Of a stretch of DNA of 32,000 nt, positions 1-6,359 are shown in pieces; the stretch's first letter is position 1, and each line of letters begins with the position of its first letter. Below the pieces are notes generated by a model. It was not told where the DNA came from. It did not search any database and was given only the letters and a program-made list of their open reading frames with translations. The position numbers and the translations under genes were made by a program. The DNA is from Bellilinea caldifistulae (GTDB taxonomy: Bacteria > Chloroflexota > Anaerolineae > Anaerolineales > Anaerolineaceae): positions 4,044-36,043 of the forward strand of contig NZ_LGHJ01000027.1 in assembly GCF_001306055.1 (NCBI RefSeq), read 5' to 3'.

Positions 1-35
1 TCATCAACTCCTTTCAACTTCAATTTCCGGTTTTC

Positions 36-602
36 ATGAATTTACCCTATGCTGGAACAATCAACCTCAACGAGATCACGTTTGGGTTATGCGGCGGAAT
101 GTGTTTTGCAGCGCTGGATTATTTTCACGCCAACCAGTTACCCCCTCCATTCCAAACCCCGCAAGAAATTGATCCCCAATTGTTCGGATTCCTTTGTGAT
201 CGCCAGTTAGACAGTTTGAAAGTTTTTACAGTACTTAAATTCATGGAATGGATGATTATTGATGAAAAACAAATTGTAACCCGCATTAAGAGGTATGAAA
301 TCCCTAAAATGAAGCGTCTCCTTCAAAAGGGTGAACCGGCCGTACTGGGTTTGGTACGCGTGCGCGGCGTGCAAAGCCCAACCCAAAATCATCAGGTACT
401 TGCCACCGGTTATGAGCTTGATCCGGCGTTTGAGCAAATCTCAATCTCCCTTTATGACCCAAATCATCCACACCTGAATCCTGTCATCCGTTTTTTCATG
501 GGTAAAAACGCAACCGCCCCGCTTTTCATCCAATCCACCGGTGAACCGCTGTTTGGTTTTTTTGTAATACCTTACCGTTTTCAAAAACCGCCCCAAATCT
601 AG
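36..602 (+). CDS. hypothetical protein, possible papain-fold Cys/His peptidase (true start may lie upstream of the window)
   Basis: 188-codon ORF. The same frame has no stop back to position 3, so the 5' end may be outside the window. The Cys in GLCGGMCFAALDYF, the His in NHQVLATGYE and the later DPNH resemble a Cys/His/Asp triad. No family assignment is possible by eye. Confidence 0.45.
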   Translation: MNLPYAGTINLNEITFGLCGGMCFAALDYFHANQLPPPFQTPQEIDPQLFGFLCDRQLDSLKVFTVLKFMEWMIIDEKQIVTRIKRYEIPKMKRLLQKGEPAVLGLVRVRGVQSPTQNHQVLATGYELDPAFEQISISLYDPNHPHLNPVIRFFMGKNATAPLFIQSTGEPLFGFFVIPYRFQKPPQI

Positions 603-831
603 ATCGTTCATCCTGACAAGTTGATAAGGGCAACTTTTTGCATTTTCCCCTTTTTCTCTATAAAGCTGAAAGAAGAGGGTTTTATCAAAAGTTACGGTAT
701 TTTTGAAGAAAAACTCCAAACCGCGAGAATCCCCTTGATTAGCGCGATCATCAAATTGTTTTATCCCTCGATGGGAGAACCACCGACACATAAAAAAAGA
801 GGATGTCGGGTTCATTCTCATCTGATTTCTG

Positions 832-878
832 TCGGGGCGGGCGGATTTGAACCGCCGACCTCACGGACCCGAACCGTG
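832..878 (-). tRNA. 3' fragment (positions ~27-73) of tRNA-Pro(CGG); probable att-site remnant, not a functional tRNA
   Basis: The minus strand reads CACGG-TTCGGGT-CCGTG (anticodon arm, anticodon CGG), AGGTC (variable loop), GGCGG-TTCAAAT-CCGCC (T arm) and CGCCCCG-A (3' acceptor plus discriminator). There is no D arm and no complementary 5' acceptor CGGGGCG in the ~60 nt upstream (879-940). Confidence 0.7.
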
Positions 879-905
879 AAATCAGCGGCATTTTCCAATT
901 GGTTA

Positions 906-1778
906 CTATGCTAAGTGCCAGCACTTGACGGGTGACGCAATCGCATGGTCATGGTCTAAATCGCTTTGGACAATCATCAAATACCGCTTAACCATATCCA
1001 GGGTTGAATGTCACAAGATTTTTTGAAGCGAATAAATATTTCCTCCATTTCTCAGAAATTTGATGGCAAATGTATGTCTGAATCGGTGAGGAAAAACGTG
1101 ACTGATATTGCTTTTATCCCCAATCTCTGACAAAATCTTTCTCAATTTACATCGCTCCATTGGTTTTCCACTCTTTAAAGCAAATAATGGGGAAGAAGAG
1201 GAACTCTCTTTTCGATTGGCAAGATATTCATCAATCACCCCTATGGTCTCCCTGGAAATGGGGACCAAACGCTCTTTTTTCCCTTTCCCAATAACTCTAA
1301 TATGCCCTGTAACACGATTCAAATCTTTGATTCGCAAATTGCACAATTCTGTTGCTCTAATCCCAGTATCCAACAGGGTGAGAATGATGGCTCGATCACG
1401 TAAAGGATAATGAGATTGAGAAGCGCTCTCCAATAAAGCACAGATTTCCTTTTTCGAAATAGGGATAATAGTTTTCTTTTCGGCAACCGGGGCTTTAATT
1501 TGACGGACAGGATTCTCCTTACACACCCCCTGCTGAACTGCCCACTGCCACAATGCTGATAAATCTGCATGATGATTTCGGAGCGTTTTTGCCGACACAT
1601 TCGATTGTGTAGCCATGAATTGAATGATGTGTTGCTTACTGATAGTCTCAAACTCCAAATCACCAAAGAAGGCAAGGAACTTTCTGAAGGTGACACCATA
1701 ATCCCGGATGGTATGCGGTGAGTATCGCATAGCAATCCGTTCTTCGATAAATTGTTTGACCGCAGTGCTAAACAACAT
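906..1778 (-). pseudogene. tyrosine recombinase/integrase (XerC/D-like) interrupted by one in-frame TGA
   Basis: The 255-aa ORF 1011..1778 has SAM-like N-terminal and catalytic motifs (LLDTGIRATEL, HRFRHTFA). It stops at TGA 1011-1013, where the Gly of the conserved LGH motif is expected (LQKIL*HSTLDMVKRYL). The same frame continues through the catalytic Tyr codon (981-983) to TAG 906-908. GGAGG (1784-1788) lies 5 nt upstream of the ATG at 1778. Confidence 0.8.
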
Positions 1779-1857
1779 AGCATCCTCCGTTAATTGGTGG
1801 TAATTTTTTGGTATTCCGATTCTGCCACCTCAAAACGGTCTTGAAAATATAAATTTT

Positions 1858-1866
1858 TGCTATACT
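1858..1866 (+). promoter_or_regulatory. candidate extended -10 promoter (TGcTATACT) facing a hairpin-rich untranslated stretch
   Basis: TGCTATACT matches the extended -10 consensus TGnTATAAT at 8 of 9 positions. The nearest TTGAAA (1841-1846) is only 14 nt away, so there is no good -35. Confidence 0.3.
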
Positions 1867-2208
1867 ATTGGGAAAGACAAATTCAGCCCCACCGCTGGTA
1901 TCGGCGAGGCTGAGACGGCAACGCGGTGAAGGCGCGTTGCGGCAAAAACAAGCATAGCAAACTTTTGCCGCCCGCGCAAGTGAACCGCTAGGGAGTACAA
2001 CAGATTCTTTGCGCAGTAATTTTATCTTTTCTGTACCTACTTAGTTGGTTTCCGCGTACAGACAGTGATTTGTCAGAAAGCAGGGGGCTGTTCTTTCAAC
2101 ATAGTGACTTTATCCATGAAATCTCCTATTCCCCCAACTCTACTCTCACAAGTTTTACAGCTTAACAAGGTATAAAAAATGCTCGGATTTCAACAAAATA
2201 TGTAGTTT

Positions 2209-2246
2209 GTTGCAGTACTTGCAACATCTATTCTGTAAGATATAGA
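2209..2246 (+). promoter_or_regulatory. candidate cas operon promoter with an overlapping inverted repeat
   Basis: -35 TTGCAA (2219-2224), 16-nt spacer, -10 TATAGA (2241-2246), ~110 nt upstream of the cas3 ATG. The inverted repeat GTTGCA(2209-2214)/TGCAAC(2220-2225) overlaps the -35. Confidence 0.3.
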
Positions 2247-2360
2247 TAAGTCTGTAACGCCTTCTCTATTTTGATTAATCAAATGATATGGATTTCAAAG
2301 ACTTCTTGATTTGAAAGCACAAACGTCAAAAAAATTCATAAATGATAATAGGATGCAAAG

Positions 2361-3335
2361 ATGAGTGGACTGACCAAATCCGAACGATTGGAAGAAATGA
2401 AACGATTATACATTCAACGGGCATATTCCGATAAGGAACTGGCTGAACGGTTGGGAGTAAACAGAACACAAATTTATCGGGATCGAATCGAACTTTCCCG
2501 TGAATATCCGATAGAAAAAGATCAAAATGGACGGTATCACATTCCTCGCTCAAAACTGCTTTCAGAAATCAAGGTCAACCTTCTCGAAGCACTTACCCTC
2601 TATCTGGCTGCCAGCAAAATAGCCCGCCAAACCCGAGTTTATCACCCCCCCGCTGCCAACGCCGTCGAAAAACTGGCTGCGGTCTTACGCCAGCCAATGA
2701 CGGAACAACTGCTGAACTCTGCCAACCGTCTCTTGAATCAAGAGAAAAAACCGGAAAAGATCAAAATCCTTGAAACCATTGCTCAGGCATGGGTGGAGCA
2801 GCGCAAAGTCCGAATGGAATATCAACGTCTGGGGCATGATGAAATTACGCGGCACACTATCAGTCCCTATCTGATCGAACCTTCTATCTGGAGTGACAGT
2901 GTCTATGTCATTGCTCAAAGCGACTTCAACGATAAAATTTATCCCTTCAAAATAGACCGAATCCTTTCCGCCTTCCTGACCAGCGAAACTTTTGCAATTC
3001 CCTCATCTTTTAGCTCAGAGGACTTGTTGAAACATGCCTGGGGAATCTGGTATGCCGACCGCGAACCGGTTACCGTAAAACTGCGGTTTTTCCCCTCTCC
3101 AACCGTCATTCAACGGTTAGAGGAAAGTATCTGGCATCCGTTAGAGCGCGTCGAGAAAACCGAAGATGGCGGTCGAATCTGGAGCGTGGAAATTGCCGAT
3201 TGGCGCGAGATGCTCCCCTGGATACGAGGATGGGGCGCCGATGTGGAAGTGCTGGAACCGCCAGATCTGCGCTCCGCGTTGGAAAAAGAAGCCAGAAGAA
3301 TGGCAAAATTGTATGGGATGGGAGATCTTAATACG
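2361..3335 (+). other. HTH-WYL-WCX transcription-factor-like module forming residues ~1-325 of the Cas3 ORF
   Basis: wHTH: YSDKELAERLGVNRTQIYRDRIEL...NGRYHI. WYL-like: RHTISPYLIEP..SVYVIAQSDFNDKIYPFKIDRILSAF. WCX-like: VTVKLRFFPS...WGADVEVLEPPDLRSAL. The canonical Cas3 N terminus (FFAHRRED..NWQPLIEHL) begins only at ~aa 330. Confidence 0.75.
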
Positions 3336-5582
3336 GTGCGCCCTCGTTTCTTTGCCCACCGTCGTGAGGATGAAGATTCTGAAAACTGGCAGCCCCTTAT
3401 TGAGCATTTGAGGAACACAGCAGCAATGGCGCGCGACTTTGGCAAGGACGCCAACGTTGCGGATTTTGCTTACATCACTGGGCTGCTCCACGATTTAGGC
3501 AAATACTCAGATGAATTTCAAAAGCGGCTTGTAGGCAGTGGGAGGCGTGTTGATCACTCTACTGCTGGCGCGAAAGAACTTATTAGCCTTTTCAAAGATA
3601 AGCCACAGCGACCCTTTGCTTATCTTCTAGCATATCCCATCTTGGGGCATCATGCCGGCTTGCCCGATTACGGTAGCGAAACTGATTTGGAAGGAGGCAC
3701 CCTCTGTGCACGGCTAAAGAATGTCATTCCCGATTACAGTGCGTATAAAAACGAATTAGATGTTACGGAGTTGTCGCTTCCGCTAAATTTACCTTTTCGT
3801 CCATTGCACCTGCCAATTATCCCTCAAAAGCCACCCAAAAATTATTTTGGGTTCTCACTCTCTTTTATGGCGCGTATGATTTATTCTGCCCTGGTTGATG
3901 CCGATTTTCAGGAAACGGAAACCTATATGAGGGGTAAAAAACCTCGCGGCGAGTATGACAAGATCCCTGAATTGCGGGGAAAACTGGATCAGCACTTAAG
4001 GCAATTTGAGAAACCGACCAGCGAAATCAACCAAAAGCGCAACGAAATACTTCACGCCTGTATCGAAAAAGCAAAAACTGAAAAACCCGGCTTCTTCTCG
4101 CTTACTGTGCCAACAGGCGGAGGGAAGACGCTCGCTTCAATGGCGTTTGCACTTCATCATGCTGCTGAATACGGCTTAAGACGTGTCATCTATGTGATCC
4201 CCTTCACGACCATCATCGAGCAAAACGCCGGGGTTTTCAAGAATATTTTCGGTGAAGAGCAGGTACTGGAACATCACTCCAATTTCGATTGGGAAGGTAA
4301 AAACCGTGAGGATGCCGACAACCGTACCAACAGTGTTCTTGCCAAACTCAAACTAGCGGCGGAGAACTGGGAGATTCCAATTGTGGTCACAACCAATGTG
4401 CAGTTTTTCGAATCGCTGTTTGCTAACAAGTCATCGCGCTGCCGAAAGCTACATAACATTGCAAAAAGCGTGATTATTTTTGATGAAGCCCAAATGTTAC
4501 CGCGGGAGTACATGCGCCCAGCAATGGCGGCGGTATGGGAATTGGTCACCAATTACGGCGTAAGCGCCCTCTTTTGTACTGCTACCCAGCCCCGCTTGGA
4601 ACGTTTCCTACCCTTGGGGACCGAAGTTAAAGAACTCGCACCCAACCCGCAGGAATTATTCGATTTTTATAAGCGAGTGGATGTGCAGAATCTTGGGACG
4701 CTCACCGACGTGGAATTGTTAGATCGTCTGAATCGGCATGACCAGGTTCTGTGCATTGTCAACACCCGCCGCCACGCTAGCGGATTATTCAAGGGCTTAC
4801 AGGGCGATGGAAATTTCCACCTTTCGACTCTAATGTGCCCGGTGCACCGCCGCGCCAAATTGGAGGAAATCAAAAAGAGATTGTCGAGCGGAAAATCCTG
4901 CCGCGTGGTCTCAACCACGGTAATGGAAGCAGGGATTGATCTGGATTTTCCCATCGGCTATCGCGCCCTTTCAGGGCTGGATTCCATCAACCAGGCGGCA
5001 GGACGCGTCAACCGCGAGATGCGGCAACCGTCAGGCTATCTGTTTGTTTTCGAGCCAAAGTCGGAATTCATCAATAAGACGCCTTCTTTTATCAAACAGG
5101 CGGCGGAAGTTGCTCGCATGGTCTTGCGTGATCATGCCAAAGCGCCGATTTCCATCCCCGCTATTCAAGCATTTTTCGGACATTTGTATAACTTGCAAGA
5201 CCCTCTGGCATTTGACTTCAAACGTATTATGGATTGCTTTGAGGATGACGAGGGCAGGTTCAAATTTGAGACGGCGTCGCGGGCGTTCCAAATCATCGAA
5301 GACCCAACCGTAACGGTCATTATTCCCTTTAACGAGGAGGCTAAAAAACTGATTGAAGAATTGAAATATACCAAGTATCCATTCTCTACCTTGCGGAAAC
5401 TTCAGCCCTACACAGTTTCTATTTATAAGAGCGAGTTCGATAAACTCAGTTCGAAAGGAGTCGTTTTGACTATTGAAGATACCTATCATTTCCTGAACCC
5501 CGACAACCTGCAAGCGTACTATGACCCGCATTGCGGTCTTCTTATCCCCGAAAACGGTGGCGGGGATGGGTTACTGTTCTAA
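2361..5582 (+). CDS. cas3: Cas3 HD nuclease/SF2 helicase (type I-C) with an N-terminal HTH-WYL-WCX regulator fusion, 1073 aa
   Basis: Single uninterrupted ORF. HD motifs: HDLGK, DHSTAGA, LGHHAGLPDY, ALVDADF. Helicase motifs: VPTGGGKT (Walker A), FDEAQ (motif II), TATQP, VSTTVMEAGIDLDF, QAAGRVNR. It is the first gene of the cas3-cas5-cas8c-cas7-cas4-cas1-cas2 order. Confidence 0.92.
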   Translation: MSGLTKSERLEEMKRLYIQRAYSDKELAERLGVNRTQIYRDRIELSREYPIEKDQNGRYHIPRSKLLSEIKVNLLEALTLYLAASKIARQTRVYHPPAANAVEKLAAVLRQPMTEQLLNSANRLLNQEKKPEKIKILETIAQAWVEQRKVRMEYQRLGHDEITRHTISPYLIEPSIWSDSVYVIAQSDFNDKIYPFKIDRILSAFLTSETFAIPSSFSSEDLLKHAWGIWYADREPVTVKLRFFPSPTVIQRLEESIWHPLERVEKTEDGGRIWSVEIADWREMLPWIRGWGADVEVLEPPDLRSALEKEARRMAKLYGMGDLNTVRPRFFAHRREDEDSENWQPLIEHLRNTAAMARDFGKDANVADFAYITGLLHDLGKYSDEFQKRLVGSGRRVDHSTAGAKELISLFKDKPQRPFAYLLAYPILGHHAGLPDYGSETDLEGGTLCARLKNVIPDYSAYKNELDVTELSLPLNLPFRPLHLPIIPQKPPKNYFGFSLSFMARMIYSALVDADFQETETYMRGKKPRGEYDKIPELRGKLDQHLRQFEKPTSEINQKRNEILHACIEKAKTEKPGFFSLTVPTGGGKTLASMAFALHHAAEYGLRRVIYVIPFTTIIEQNAGVFKNIFGEEQVLEHHSNFDWEGKNREDADNRTNSVLAKLKLAAENWEIPIVVTTNVQFFESLFANKSSRCRKLHNIAKSVIIFDEAQMLPREYMRPAMAAVWELVTNYGVSALFCTATQPRLERFLPLGTEVKELAPNPQELFDFYKRVDVQNLGTLTDVELLDRLNRHDQVLCIVNTRRHASGLFKGLQGDGNFHLSTLMCPVHRRAKLEEIKKRLSSGKSCRVVSTTVMEAGIDLDFPIGYRALSGLDSINQAAGRVNREMRQPSGYLFVFEPKSEFINKTPSFIKQAAEVARMVLRDHAKAPISIPAIQAFFGHLYNLQDPLAFDFKRIMDCFEDDEGRFKFETASRAFQIIEDPTVTVIIPFNEEAKKLIEELKYTKYPFSTLRKLQPYTVSIYKSEFDKLSSKGVVLTIEDTYHFLNPDNLQAYYDPHCGLLIPENGGGDGLLF

Positions 5583-5693
5583 TTCAACCACTGCGAGGAG
5601 AGTGAAGTCTACCGCAGCCATTTCCCTGCAGAAGCGGAAGATCTCTCGTTATTTTACACCTCGCATTGACAATCACGAAAGGAGGTTCAAATT

Positions 5694-6359
5694 ATGGGAT
5701 ACGGCATCATCATCCGCGTTGAAGGCTCTTATGCCCTGTTCACTCGCCCCGAAATGAAAGTGGAGCGCGTCAGTTACGATGTCATCACGCCCTCGGCGGC
5801 ACGCGGGATTATCGAGGCGGTTTATTGGAAACCCGCTATCCGTTGGGTAATTGATAAAATCCATGTCCTGCGCGAAATTCAATTTACCAACATTCGTCGC
5901 AACGAGGTGAGCAGTAAAGCATCGGTGGACAATGCCTTGCAAGTGATGAAGGGCGCGCAAAAACCGCTCTACATCGCTGCTACCGAAACTCGTCAACAGC
6001 GCGCTGCAATGGTTTTAAAAGATGTGGATTATGTCATCGAGGCGCATTTCGATTTGACAGACAAGGCCGGCCCGGACGATACACAGGAGAAGCATTACAA
6101 CGTGGTTTTGCGCCGTCTGCGTAACGGTCAGCGCTTTCACACCCCCTGCCTGGGGACTCGTGAGTTTCCTGCCAAGGTAACGCTCATCGAGGATAAAGAC
6201 GACATCCCCAAAAGCCCGCTTGTGGGCAAGCGTGACCTGGGTTACATGCTTTACGACCTGGATTTCTCCAACCCTCGCGACATTCAGCCAATGTTCTTCC
6301 GAGCGGTTATGGAAAATGGCGTTATTGTTGTGCCGAAGCCTGAGGAGGTGCGGCGATGA
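5694..6359 (+). CDS. cas5: Cas5c (Cas5d) pre-crRNA endoribonuclease/Cascade subunit
   Basis: N terminus GYGIIIRVEGSYALFTRPEMKVERVSYDVITPSAARGIIEAVYWKP is typical of Cas5 in I-C. AGGAGG SD lies upstream. The stop overlaps the cas8c start (ATGA). Confidence 0.92.
   Translation: MGYGIIIRVEGSYALFTRPEMKVERVSYDVITPSAARGIIEAVYWKPAIRWVIDKIHVLREIQFTNIRRNEVSSKASVDNALQVMKGAQKPLYIAATETRQQRAAMVLKDVDYVIEAHFDLTDKAGPDDTQEKHYNVVLRRLRNGQRFHTPCLGTREFPAKVTLIEDKDDIPKSPLVGKRDLGYMLYDLDFSNPRDIQPMFFRAVMENGVIVVPKPEEVRR

Noticed and set aside
621-914. 97-aa + strand ORF ending ...GAGGFEPPTSRTRTV...
   Set aside because: Its C-terminal part is the antisense translation of the tRNA-Pro fragment (the GGFEPP signature of a T arm). 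It has no SD and no recognisable fold.
830-925. A complete tRNA gene (I first considered a long-variable-arm tRNA or a tmRNA 3' end).
   Set aside because: The acceptor 3' strand CGCCCCG has no complementary CGGGGCG upstream, and no D arm is present. The hairpin CACGG-TTCGGGT-CCGTG fits an anticodon arm followed by a 5-nt variable loop. This is therefore a 3' fragment of tRNA-Pro, not an intact gene.
1011-1013. In-frame TGA in the integrase (and TGA 20086-20088 in the transposase) as evidence for UGA recoding (a genetic code with UGA=Gly or Trp).
   Set aside because: cas5, cas1, cas2, the M20 gene and the second permease all terminate on TGA at the expected protein ends. The transposase TGA aligns with an expected Arg (CGA>TGA), and that gene has other lesions. 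Ordinary nonsense mutations are the simpler reading.
1884-1993. Known riboswitch in the int-cas3 spacer. A TPP riboswitch was considered because of CTGAGA at 1910-1915 and AGGGA at 1990-1994.
   Set aside because: The rest of the THI-box (ACCTGATCTGGATAATGCCAGC) is absent. I could not fit the helices to any riboswitch consensus I know (glycine, c-di-GMP, ykkC, ydaO).
2685-5531. Multiple 60-166-aa antisense or off-frame ORFs inside cas3, with similar ones inside cas8c, cas1 and the transporter genes.
   Set aside because: These are shadow ORFs fully embedded in well-supported genes. They lack SDs and recognisable motifs.
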